Assembly: GCF_009834535.1 (NCBI RefSeq)
Contig: NC_045720.1
Coordinates: forward strand, 310,001-374,000
From: Camelus ferus
Lineage: Eukaryota
Length of the DNA stretch: 64,000 nt
Reading direction: 5' to 3'
Shown here: piece after piece, positions 43,961 to 55,480 of the stretch
How positions within the stretch are numbered: the first letter of the stretch is position 1
How the letters are laid out: the number at the start of each line of letters is the position of its first letter
The notes under the pieces: generated by a model
Told to the model about the DNA's origin: nothing
The model's input: only the letters and a program-made list of their open reading frames with translations
Databases searched by the model: none
Program-made: the position numbers and the translations under genes

Positions 43961-45199
43961 GCGGCACGAGCCCTGGGGGTTGCATGGTTTCCAAGCCCTG
44001 TGAAGGTAAACCTCTTTGAAACAACTCTAAGTGCTGTTCAGGGAGGGCAGGTGTGAGCACACCTGTTGGGTATCAGGTAGGGCCTTGCAAGGCAGAGACG
44101 TCGAGGGGACAGTGGAAGAACTGGCCTCTGCCCGAAAGGCCGTGGGAGCCACAGGGGCTCTCAAACGACTAAGGGTGTGCCCAGATCCGGGAACTAGGGG
44201 GCCTCACGGAAAGTCACTGGGGCCCACATGCCTACCCAGCAGGGGATGGACAGGAGAGGCCAAGAGTAAGAGGATGAGGGCTGGATAGGCTGTTGGATGC
44301 AAGGAAAGGGGCAGCAAGGGGCACACAGAGGAAGGAGGGCCCTCAGAAGTGGGACCGAGCCGTGTCTGAGGTAAGCAGGGGCCAGGAAGCCCAGAAGCGA
44401 GCAGTCAGCAGAGGTACAGACAGGAGAGCCAGAACGGCCACGCAGGGCCCCCGGGGAAAGCCTGCTTGAAAGGACGGCAGGTGGCCACCTGAAACCACAG
44501 AGCAGGACCCTGCCTCTCCTCACACCAAAATCAATTCCAGAAGTACCACAGACACAGCTGCAAGGAAAACAAGACCCAAGGAGTACGAGAAGGAGGCGGG
44601 CAGGAGCACCTGCGCAGCTGCAGCAGAGGGGGCCTTCTGAGCTTGACACGCAACCCAGAAACCAAAACCATCCGACTCATTAGATTCTTCAAACACCTGC
44701 ACTGTAAAAACCAAAACAAAACCTACAAAATCAGAAGACAGATGGTCAACCGAGTAAAAACATTTACAACAAACACGACAAACAGGTCCTCATGTCAACT
44801 GTGATGGCATTGAAAAGAGCAGAATCCCATTAAAAACACCCAGGCAGAGGCTCCCTGAAAGTTCACACATGCCAGAGAAGCAGGACACGAGTGCGGACAG
44901 CACATGGGGCTGGACCACAGAGACAGGATGCCAGCCCCCAAGAATGCCCATGAGGTGTCCACCACGGTGCAGAAGGCCTTAGACCCGCTACGTCAATAAA
45001 CTGCCCCGCCCCACACACCTCTGAACCGCGGAGTGCAGTGCTGACAGGTGAACTTCCAGGTGGGGCCGCGGCCATGCTCCGTGCTGCCTCACTGTCACCA
45101 TTCCCAGGTGTGGGGCTCTAAGTTTTCTGCCTTTTGCTGAGCAGCAGTCCACTACATGCCTGTACCCTCACTTACATAGCCTGCCACCTGAGGGACGGG

Positions 45200-45480
45200 G
45201 GCAGTGGGCGTGGGCCTGTGAAAGAGGCTGCTGTGAATGCCCTGTACGCAGACCCTGCTGCACAGCAGGCTACACAACGTGACTCGATGGATGGCACAGC
45301 TGCTTCCAAGCGCTGCACCAATTTATACTCCCATCAGCGAGGGAGAAACATCCCAGCTGCTTTACAGATGACATATTCTCTCCGTCAGTCTGGTGCACAG
45401 GCAGTGGTATCTTCCCACATTCAATGTGCAGTTCTCTGGGCATTAACTGGGTGAGATATCTTTCCAAAGACAAGTCTCCT
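45200..45480 (-). mobile_element. Degenerate L1 fragment
   Basis: cttccaagcgctgcaccaatttatactcccatcagc resembles the reverse-strand L1 ORF2 3' region. Confidence 0.55.
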
Positions 45481-47460
45481 ATATTCTCTTCTAAAAGCAG
45501 GAGAGTTTGTGCCCCACTCAGGTCTGCAGTCCACTAGGGGCTGATGTTTGTAGACAAAGTAAGGATCTGTGCTGGTTTTAAAATATGCCCGTGAAGTACT
45601 TGATACATCTCCCTTCAGAAGGTGGGGCCTGACTCCCCTCCCCTTGAATGTGGACTGCACTGAGTGACTGGCTTACGATGAACAGAGTACGACAGAGCAC
45701 ACAGCATGTGCCGCCCAAGGTGAGGGGGTGAGGGGCACTGCAACTTCCTCCTAGCTTTCTTTTCGGTCCTTCACACTGGGGAAGCCAGCCCGTGTCATGA
45801 GGACTCGAGCCGGGCCCCGGGGCTGGTGAGGGAGCCCCCTCGAAAGCAGACCCTCCTGCCAGGGGAACCTGCAGCAGGTGCATGAGTCCCAGACAGGGCA
45901 TCAGCCAGGCTGCACCCAGGAGCCCGACTCGCAGAGACTGCGAGATTACAAATCGGTTTCAAGCCACTGTATCTAGGGGGCAGTGTGTTGCCAGTCAGTA
46001 TACGTCTAGTACAGGCCCCAGGTTCCTTCCTCGGCCACGTCTATACCCAGCTGCCCCAGCGCCGTTACGTAAAAGCGGCTTCTCCCCACTGCTCTGCAGT
46101 GCCACCCTGGCAGTAAATTAGTTCCTACAAATATGCAGGCTTTGTAGCACGTCTCCCCTCTGGCGCCCCAGCCCTCTTTGGGGGCAAGGGTGCTGGCTGG
46201 CCTACTCCCTCTGGGCTTCTGGTCTCAGCTTCCTTTCTGACCCTAACGTGAGGTCTATGTCCTTTCTCGTGGGTCTCAATTCGCACCACGCTTCCTCAGC
46301 AGAATGCTCAGCAGCAGAACCGCGCGAACCTGGAGCTACTCTGTGGCTGGGACACAGGAGTGAGCTTCATCCGGCTCAGGTGCACTTGCCCGGCCAAGGC
46401 TCCTGGGAGGGGGCCCGTGTGGACCACTCCACGCGGGGGAGGGGCCTCCCCCCAAATCAGGGAGGTTCCAAATCTCCCTCCTCCATTTCCTTCCCCTTGC
46501 CACCCAGCTCTGAAATAAATCTACTAACTAACTCACAGCAACGTGTCAGAAACCTCACTGGCCAAATGAAAGAAGTCGGCAGCTGAAGGTATCTGCATTT
46601 GAAAAGAGACTCCTGGGGAACTGAAGACAAAAGCCGGCCCTTAGCCAGGAGGGGGAAGGGCCGGGGCTTCCTTCCCGGAGGCAGGGCCACAGGCTGCAGC
46701 CAGCACTTTAGCCTGGTGCTCCGATGGGCCACAACCCCACTGCGTAGATCTGGAAATTAAGGTCCGTCAAGTACAGCAGTGTCCAAACAAAACCACAAAA
46801 CTGGGCTTTGGAGGGGCCAGCGTGGTAACCCTGGGTCGGCTCTGCCTCAAAACTTCCCCACAAGGACGTGGGGCCTGGGGGCGGGCAGTGCTAAGGGCTC
46901 TGAGGGCCAGGATGCTGCCAGGAGCACAGGGCCCCAGAGCTCTGGAAGGAAGAGGCACTTAGGCTACACAGCCTTAGAAGAAGAGCTGTGTGGGTCTAGA
47001 CGGCCAACTGAGTACATGTGTCCCCACACTGAGACCCCCACAAACCTAGGGGCACCCAGAAGAGAGTTTATGAACAGTTTACACACTCCTGCAGGCTGAT
47101 GGAAGCAGGGCGGGAGCCCCAGGGCAGAGGAGGCCTGCACAGGAGGCGTCCAAGGAACGACCCGAGGCCAGAGACACTCCAACATATGAAGAAGGGGACT
47201 TCACATGTGACACACAACGCAGCGAAGTCCCCGTGATCCAGAAGCCAGCTCAGAGCACTATTCCTCTAAGGGTACAAGGCCACTGGGGCCACTGGTGAGA
47301 CACAGTCTGTGCACACAGCCCGGCTCTGCAGACAGAAAGGCTGACATCTTTCCCAGCTGCCACACTGCAGGACAGTGACAGAGGCACAGAACAGAATGTG
47401 ACTCTGTCAACACGCAGGCGTAAGAATCAAGGCCTGCGCCACAGAATTGAACACTGGGGC

Positions 47461-47820
47461 TCAGATATTTATCACCATTGTCACAGCAGCATTAGTCACA
47501 ATAGCTGAAAAGCAAAAACAACTCAAATGTCCATCGACAGATGAATAAATAAACAGTGGCAGATACATACAGTGGAATATTCAGCCACAACAAGGAATGA
47601 AATCCTGATAAGTGCTACAAACGTATGATTTCCCCTTACATGAGGCACCTGGAATAGGTAAATTCAGAGAAAACAGAATGCTGGTTGCCAGGGGCTGGGG
47701 GAGGGGATAAGGAAGAAGTGTTGAATGGACAGTTTCTGCTTCAGGTGATTAAAAATTTCTGGAAATAGAAAGTGATGATAGTTGTGCAACACTCTAAATG
47801 TATTTAACGCTAAAAAAAAA
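47461..47820 (+). mobile_element. L1 3' end fragment (L1M-type) ending in an A run
   Basis: gcagcattagtcacaatagc...caaatgtccatcgacagatgaataaataaa...tggaatattcagcc, with poly-A at about 47812-47820. Confidence 0.75.
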
Positions 47821-48454
47821 TTAATTCAACAAGACAGACCACATGCTGAAACGTAACACAAGATACAATAATTTTACAAGGAATGGAAGCACAGAGAATG
47901 CTCACTGACCATAGTGGAATTAAACTAGAAGACATCTGGAAAAACTCCCAAATATTGGGAAACTCTGAAGCATACTTCTAAGTAATCCACAGGCTAAGGA
48001 AGGAATCAAAATGGAAGTCAGAACCTATTTTAATCTGAATGATCATGAAAACATAACAAATACGTGAGATACAGTCACAGCAGGGCTTTGAGGGAAACTC
48101 TACCTTTGAATGCTTACTGTAACAAGAAAGGTCAAATCAACGGACCAAAGCTTCCAACTTAGTAAGAAGCTAGAAAAAGAGGAGAAAACTCAACCCAAAG
48201 GAAGTAGAAGGAAAGACTAATAAAGACAAGAACTAATGAAATAGACAACCGAGAAAAACACTGCAACTGAAAGCTGTTCCTTTGAAAATATCGATAAAAT
48301 CAATAAAAACTCTCACTAAACAGACCAAGAGAAGCCAAAAACTACCAATTTCATGAAAGAAAAATGGGGACTTCACTACAGATCCAACAGACAATGAAAA
48401 GGATAAAAATGGGAATGTTCTGAACAATTTATGATAATAAACTTAACAACTTAG

Positions 48455-48669
48455 GTCGGGGTGGACAAAATATAGCCCATGGACCAGATCAGCCCACCGT
48501 CTGTTTTTGCAAGTAAAGTTTAATTAGGAGACAGACACGCTCACTTGTTCATGCAGCATCTATGACTGTTTTGCTACAGTAAGAGTTAAGTGGCTACAAC
48601 AGAGACCACGTGAAAAGCCTAAAGTATGTCCTATTTGGCCCTCTATAGAAAAAAGTTGCCATGCTTGAC
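48455..48669 (+). mobile_element. MER58A-like hAT-Charlie MITE inserted in the L1
   Basis: ggcccaccgtctgtttttgcaagtaaagttt...aagcctaaagtatgtcctatttggccctctatagaaaaaagttgcc matches the MER58A layout as recalled. L1 sequence resumes on both sides. Confidence 0.75.
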
Positions 48670-49663
48670 TTATGATGAATGGGCAAATTACCCAAATGAA
48701 GCAAATTATCAAAATGGGCTCAAGAAGAAATAGAAAATCTGAACAGTGGTGTATCTATTGGACGAATTAAATCTGCCCTTAAAATTTTTCCCACAAAGAA
48801 ACTCCAAGCCCAGATGGCTCTACTGGCAAATTTTATCAGGCTCTTTGAAGACGAAGTAATACAGAATCTACAAAATGCTTTCTGACAACAGAAGAGAAAG
48901 AAACACATCACAGCTCCTTTTGTGAGACCAGTATTACCCTGACTCCAAAACCAAAGACATGACAAGAATACTACAGACTGATCTCTTCATGAACAGCTGC
49001 AAAAATCCTTTCTAAAATGTTACCCAATTGAATTCAGCAATATATAAGAAGGCTACTACATCTGACCAGGTGGGGTTTATTCCAGGAGTGAAAGATTGGC
49101 TTAAGATTTTAAAAATCAACATAGTTTACTATTTTAAAAAATACAACCAAATCAATAGAAACAGGAAAAGCATTTGGGAAAATTCAAAAATCCACTCATG
49201 GTTTTTAAAAAATTAGAAAACTAGGAATAGAAGGAAAATTCCTCAACCTGATAAAGGGCATCTCCAGAAACCTAGTTAAACCCTGCCTAACAGTGAACAA
49301 TTGAACACTTTCTCCCTAGGACTGGCAGCAAGACAAGGATAGCTACTCTCACCACTCCTGCTGGACACTGTACTCAAGTCCTAGCCAGTGCACGAAGGCA
49401 AGAAACAAAAAGCACACAGATTAGAAAGGAAGATGTAAACCTCTTTAGCTGCAGAAGGCATATAGCAAAATACGTAGAAGATACGTAGAAAGTCTTTTAA
49501 AATCTGTATTAGGGTGACTAGAATAAAAAGGTATATTTAGCAAGGTTCTGGCTACAAGGACATGTCAAAGTCGAATTTATGTCTGCACTGGCAACAAATG
49601 ACTGGAAAATGTAAAATGTTAAATATGTCATTTACAAAATTAGTATCACAAAACATGGAATAC

Positions 49664-50124
49664 TGTGACACCCCCTTCAAATGACAGAGTCTGACCTCTT
49701 CCGCTTGAATGTGGGTTGGACTTAGTTCCTCACTTCTGACACAATGAAGATGCACAGCTTCAGGGACCAGGGCCCAAAAGGCACGGCAGCCTCTCTCGTT
49801 TGTGCTCTGGGACCTTGGCCCTGAGGACACTGGCTCTGGTGCTGACATAAGGAGTCTAGTAGAGGGCCACGGGTGGGGACCGCGTCCTCCCGAGGACAGC
49901 CGTGGGAGGGTGCCCCAGCAAGCCCACCCACAGCCCAGCCCAGCCCTCAAATGACCAGCCTGGCTGATCGTCCCAACTGCAACCACAGGAGACCCTGAAC
50001 CAGAACACCCCAGCTAAGCCATTTTAAATTCCTGACCTACAGCAGCTATGAGATAGTAAACATATATTGTTTTAATACAGTATATTTTAGGGTAATCGGT
50101 TATATACCAATACGTAATTAATAC
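49664..50124 (+). mobile_element. MLT1-type (ERVL-MaLR) solo LTR inserted in the L1
   Basis: Starts TGTG and ends TAATACA. Contains cttgaatgtgggttggacttag and ccagctaagcc...aaattcctgacc. Subfamily not determined. Confidence 0.7.
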
Positions 50125-51734
50125 AGAGACCTAAATAAACGAAGAAATAGGTACCATGCTCTATATACTGTCCAAATGTCAATTCTCCTCCAGATATATC
50201 TGTAGCTTTAATACAATTGCAATCAAAATGCCAGTAAGCCTTTTTGGACAAACTGACAAGCTAATTCTAAAATTTTGATAGAACTGCATAGTATCTTGAA
50301 GAGCCAAAAATGATCTGAAAAAGAAACATCAAGTTGGAGAATTAACACTACTCAATATCAAGCCTCCTTATAAAGCTACAATAGTCAAACCTGTGGGATC
50401 CTAGCAAGATCAACAAACAGACTAGAGAATCCAGAAACACCCCACACATACTGTCATGATTTTCAACAAGGGTGTTAGGTAATACAATGGGAGGAGGCTC
50501 GTCTTCAAAAACGGGCGTTGGAATGACTGGGTATCCATGGAAAACAATGAACAATGACCCTTGACCTCTACTCACACCATGAAAGCGCACAAACCATGAA
50601 GAAAAAAAAACTGGCAAACTGGACTTCATTAAAAGTGAAAGTGTCTGCTGCTCAAGACACTGGTAAGAAAAAAGTCAAGCCACAGACTGTGATAACGTAT
50701 TTGCAACATGTTTATCTAGCCTAGGACTTGCATCCTGAGTATATTAAGAATTCTGAAAGCCTGAGAAGACGAACAATCCATTTTTCAAGGGGAAAAGATT
50801 TGGACACTTCACAAAAGATAAACAAATGGCCACTACAATAAGCACACGGAAAGATGTTCAACACCAGGCGTCAGTGAGGAAAGGCCAATCAGGGCACAAG
50901 GAGTGCGAGCGTGCACCCCAAGAATGGCTAAACTGTAAAAGGGCACCAGGAGAATGCGGGGCGCCTGGGAACGAGCAGCGGTACAACCACCTTGGAGAAG
51001 AGTCTGGCCCTTTCTTACCAAGTTACACACACACAACTTCACACACACCCAGCATTTCTACCATCTCAACCCAAGGGAAATAAAGCACATGTCCACACAA
51101 AACCTTGTAGACAAGAATGTTCACAGCAGTTTCATTCACAACAGCCCCAAGAGGGAAAGAATGGAAGTGTCCATCCGCAGGTAGGTGCACAGATGAAACA
51201 GTGGTGTGTCTACACAGCAGAATACCAGACCATTCAGCAAGAAACAGAGTAAACTACACAGACAAGCAGCAATCTGAATGTCCAAAATGGTGTGTCTGGC
51301 CAAAGAGCCAGACACAAAAGTGTTCATTTCATGATTCCATTTATGTGAAATTCTGAAAAAAGGGACGATGAATCTGTAGAAACAGAAAGCCACTCAGTGA
51401 TTGCCTGGGGCCAGGAGGAGGGAGGGCAGACCACAAAGAGGGATGAGAGAACATTTGGGGCGACACAAATGTTCCACGTGTAGATCATGGTAGCGTTTAC
51501 AGGGTGTACATATACATCTAGCAAAACCCACTGAATTATTTCATACAGGTACATTTTATTGCATGTAAATTATGCCTCAATAAAGTTTGATGTAAAAAAA
51601 TAAAAATATACAACAGCAGTTTCACCCGGGCCTCTAAACCCTGCCTGGCCGCCCCCTCCCACCCATCTCCACACTTCCCACTCAGCACCAGCCTGCTCCC
51701 TGCCCCTGCCCTTGGCACCTGGGCTCCACACTGC

Positions 51735-51860
51735 AGTGGCTGGGATCAGTCAAGTTCCTCGACCTCTTTTCAATCAGTTTCCACATCTGTAAATGGAACA
51801 GCGGTGCCCTCTTTATAAGGTTCTTGTAAGGATCCAGTGAGTTAACACACACGCATCTTT
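51735..51860 (+). mobile_element. MIR SINE fragment
   Basis: tcagtttccacatctgtaaatggaa...gttcttgtaaggatccagtgagttaa. Confidence 0.65.
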
Positions 51861-51871
51861 GGTGTTTGGCA

Positions 51872-52154
51872 CAGGGGTTGGCAGGGTATGCCCACTGTCT
51901 GCTTCTGTGGGTCACGAGCTAAAAATGGCTTTTACCTTTTTAATGATTGGAAAAAATAAAAACAATATTTTGTGACACATGAAAATTGTATGAAATTCAA
52001 ATTTCTGGGTCTATCCATAGTTTTGTTGAAACAACACATTCACTGACGCCCTGTCTGCAGCTGCTTTTCCACAAGTTGGCAGAACAGAGACTATGTGGCC
52101 ACAAAGCCCAAAATACTTACTCCCAGCCCATCTCAGACACACTCTGCCATCCTG
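51872..52154 (+). mobile_element. MER58B-like hAT-Charlie MITE
   Basis: Begins CAGGGGTTGGCA and ends TGCCATCCTG (degenerate TIRs). Internal gagctaaaaatgg...gtgacacatgaaaattgtatgaaattcaaattt. Confidence 0.75.
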
Positions 52155-52199
52155 ATCTGCCACCTTCATCATCACTCCCATTGTGCATGAGCTGCTTCT

Positions 52200-53600
52200 T
52201 TGGTCTGGAAAGTTCTTCCACCAGATCTCAGGCTAGCTCTTCCCTTCTTGTCACTGAGATCTCAACTTAAACATTACCTCCTGAGAAGTCTTCTGCGGCT
52301 ACCTTGTCACTCTCCTGTCTCTTCACCCTACTTTCATTTTTGACCCTATTGACTGTTTTCTTCCCTGAACCAGGTGCCTGACTTGCGGAGGCACCCAGGG
52401 GAGCAGCACAGACCGAAACACAGGAGACTGTGAGCTTGTGACTGAGTGGGCAGGACGGAAAGGGCTATCCCTCTGTGGCGTGTGCGGCTGTGACACGTCT
52501 ACTGCCCAGCCACCCTGAGCTCAGCCCAGAGGAAACACTGGTAGTCTGCCAGCCACGGCAACGCTCTGCCCCAAGCCTTGCCCGCACAGGGAGGGATATT
52601 CAAACCTGCCCAGACAGTGGGCAAGGCTCTGCAGGAGCCCCACCCTTCATTTGAGTCCTGGAGGCTCCCAAGGGCCACCCACATCCACACCCTGCTCCTC
52701 CTTCCAAAATGGAAGGAGGTTCTATCAGGTGGGTGGGGTTGAAACTTATAAAGCTTGCCACACAAAATCAACAATAGCCAAAGTCAAGGACTGCTCAAGG
52801 TCTCAGGGAGCCCTGGCATGGGAACACAGGGCTGAGATTCCGTCCCAGCCACACGGTGGTGCCACCACCTGATCTCCACCTCCACCCTGCAGCCCCGTCC
52901 CTTTCCACTTTCCTGGACCTCCCCTGCCCCATCCACAACCTCCTGACTCTCTACTGACCCTGCCACTTAAGCCAACTCCAATCCCCCCATCTCCCACACA
53001 CACCCTCTCCTCCTTATTGGAAGCTCTTTGAAGACCCGTCTGCAGGCCCTGTCTCTGCAGCCCCACCTCCCATGCACTCCTCTGTAGCACCAGTCTGCCT
53101 GATCTCTGTCACCACCAAGGAAGGAGGCAGCCCAGAATCCGCCAGGGACCGTCAGGCCTCGCAGCGTTCCTGGCAAAGGAGCCCACACCCCTCCCCATGG
53201 GACCCTCTCCCCAGGGAATCTGTGGAACTAGACTTTCCTGTACCTCTATGTCCTGTTTCCTCAATGTGCTGTGCTGGCAAGGATTTGCCCGAGGCCCCAG
53301 AGCTTGGAAATGGTGGGGGGAGGTTCCCACCCTCCCTTCCACCACCACTCAGGGGTTCAGTATGGTGGTGGCATGACACACATGTGGAAAGGTGATCAGG
53401 GCTAGGGTCAGGGGGCAGAGATTGGGGGCTAGTCTGCAAAGACAGGAGTGTTATCCTGAAGTCTGTGAGGAAGATTTCAAGGAGACTTCAAGAATCAAAT
53501 CTGCATTTCAGACCCATCAACTCTGGTAGGTGAGAAGGATAAAGTCAAGGGGCTGAGACAGAGCCAAGAAGATCAGTAGGAGCAAATGCTCTGAACTCAG
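52200..53600. mobile_element. Scattered, highly decayed L2-like fragments
   Basis: Segments such as ctcaacttaaacattacctcctgagaagtc and aatcaaatctgcatttcagacccatcaactctgg resemble L2. Boundaries uncertain. Confidence 0.4.
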
Positions 53601-54624
53601 AAGGAAATAAGGAGCCCCAGCAGCAGGCTACTGGGCAGGGGGATGGAAAGCAAGGGCCGGGATCAGGGGTATTTAGGCGGAAGTTTGGAAGGAGCCTGAA
53701 GGTGGGAAGACACTGCCAGCGAGATGTCTGGCTTTGGCCAACAGGTAGACTGTGGTAGAGGCTTTGAGCTGGGTCACCAGAGCCTCACCTGAGACTGAGG
53801 TTCCAAAACTGCATGCAGTGGAGACAAGACCCCAGCGTTGAGCCCACAGATACAAGGGCCTCCTTCCTAGCAGCCTGCCAGCTCAGGCAACCTTCTGAGG
53901 AGAGCAGAGTCTAGGATGAACCAGTGGAGAGCCTACAAGGAGGTGAGGACAGTCCTGCTAAAGCTTCCTCATCCCATTCTGAGCAAGAGCTCGGGTGGAG
54001 GGTGGGGTCAGGTAGCTGGCTCAGAGCACCACACATCCCCCAACCAGGGACTCCCAGAGCCAGCCACCAGCCCCTCAGGCAATTCAGCTCCAGGGTGGGG
54101 CTACCCTCAGTACCTCTGAAGAGAAGTAGGGGACCCAGCCAGGAGCACAGAGGCCCCTTTACACCCCTTCCAGGGAAACCCAATCCTGCCAGGGGAGCAC
54201 CTGAGGAAGCAAGGACAAGGACTGAGAGGAGCAGTGTTGTGCTCCCCTCCACCTCCACCCCCGAGGTAAGGATCCAGGAAGAAAAGGAAGGCCCAGGGCT
54301 TTGGGGAGGGCTAGCTTTTCTTCAGCTTCCCTAAACCTGAAATGATTCCACATACACGTCCCCTCTCTGCACCCATGGAGACTAACCCCATAGTGGCCTC
54401 AGACTCTGCTCCAGGACAGGGAGGGGCCCCCACCAGGCATGGATACCCCCTCCCAGGCCTGGAGCACCTCGATACCAGCACAGGGCCTGGCACTTTCAAC
54501 ACATCAGTCACTTTTCTTGCCCTGAGATCAGTCTGTGAGCTGGAGCCCAGAATCCCCATCACAAGTGAGGTGACTTGAACCCTTGGAAGTTTCAGGAACT
54601 TGCCCCAGAAAGGCTCCAATTTCT

Positions 54625-54780
54625 CCTCTGGCCTAACTCCAAAGTCCACACAAAGCCTGAGCAAGTCACTTCTCTGCAGGCCTCAATTTCCTCAGCTGAA
54701 AATGGAGATAATTTTATGCTGCCTACCTGACCAACAGGTTGCAAGAATGAAAACAACTCCAGTTATAGCTAGAACGCGGA
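54625..54780 (+). mobile_element. MIR SINE fragment
   Basis: gagcaagtcacttctctgcaggcctcaatttcctcagctgaaaatggagataat is a MIR core. Confidence 0.7.
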
Positions 54781-54799
54781 AAGCCCTGCTGGTGGCCTT

Positions 54800-55480
54800 C
54801 ACAGCCGGCCTCTTCAGAAGCCTTCCTGACCCTGACATGGGCTGTCCTGGGCCTCAACCACCTGAGCCCCAGTCGGGCCTGGAGACTTGTGCCCTGACTC
54901 TGGCCCCTCCCTGTCTCCCCTCTCCCCTGGAGCCCCGGCTTCCCCTCTCTCCCCAAGGCCGGCCTCCTCTCTCCGGCCTCCATCCCCCGACCCGTGTCCG
55001 GTCCCCCGGCCCGCCGCGCCCCCACGCCCAGGGCCCGGCCTCCTCTCCCCACACCCAGCCCAGTTCTCCCTGAACCGGGGCCCGGCCTCAACTCTCCGCA
55101 CCCCACCGCCACCGGCGCCCGGCCTCCTCTCCCGCCTGTAGGGCCCGGAAGTCCGCGCCTCACCTTCCGCCTCGCGCACGCAGCCACCACCCAGTCGATC
55201 GGATCCCGTCGGCGAGTCAATCGGCTCAGCTAGCCTCCCGGCGCGGCGGGGGCGGGCCCCGCTCCCGGCCCTCGCCATGGCAACGAGACACTTCCGGCCT
55301 GCAGGCCCCGAGCCGGAAGCCGCGGCGCCCGGCGGGAGCCGGGGGCGGGGCCAAGCGGCCCGGGGGCGGGGCCTGCCCAGGGCGACTGGGAGCCGTCGCA
55401 GACGGTGCGGTGTGAACGTCCGCGGCTGGGGCATCCTTGGTGCGGATGAGACCCGGCTGAGGCCGGGAGGGCAAGTAGTT
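54800..55480 (-). promoter_or_regulatory. PPP1R16A CpG-island promoter and probable non-coding exon 1 (donor at 55164)
   Basis: CG-dense. Minus-strand donor AAG|GTGAGG, ETS sites (CCGGAAGT 55145-55152, CTTCCGG 55291-55297), GC boxes, RFX-like box 55271-55284. Confidence 0.65.

Larger units (their letters stand above)
47821..51610 (+). mobile_element. Ancient L1 (L1M), ORF2 to 3' end, fragmented, antisense to PPP1R16A
   Basis: A-rich ORF2-like segments 47821-48454, 48670-49660 and 50125-51610, then 3' UTR with AATAAA 51579-51584 and an A tail. No long ORF remains. Confidence 0.8.

Noticed and set aside
44520-44730. Strong minus-strand acceptor at 44701 and a 64-aa ORF with a hydrophobic tail
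   Set aside because: The pyrimidine tract derives from an A-rich repeat-like stretch, there is no convincing donor, and there is no transcript support. It may be a minor 5' UTR exon but cannot be supported here.
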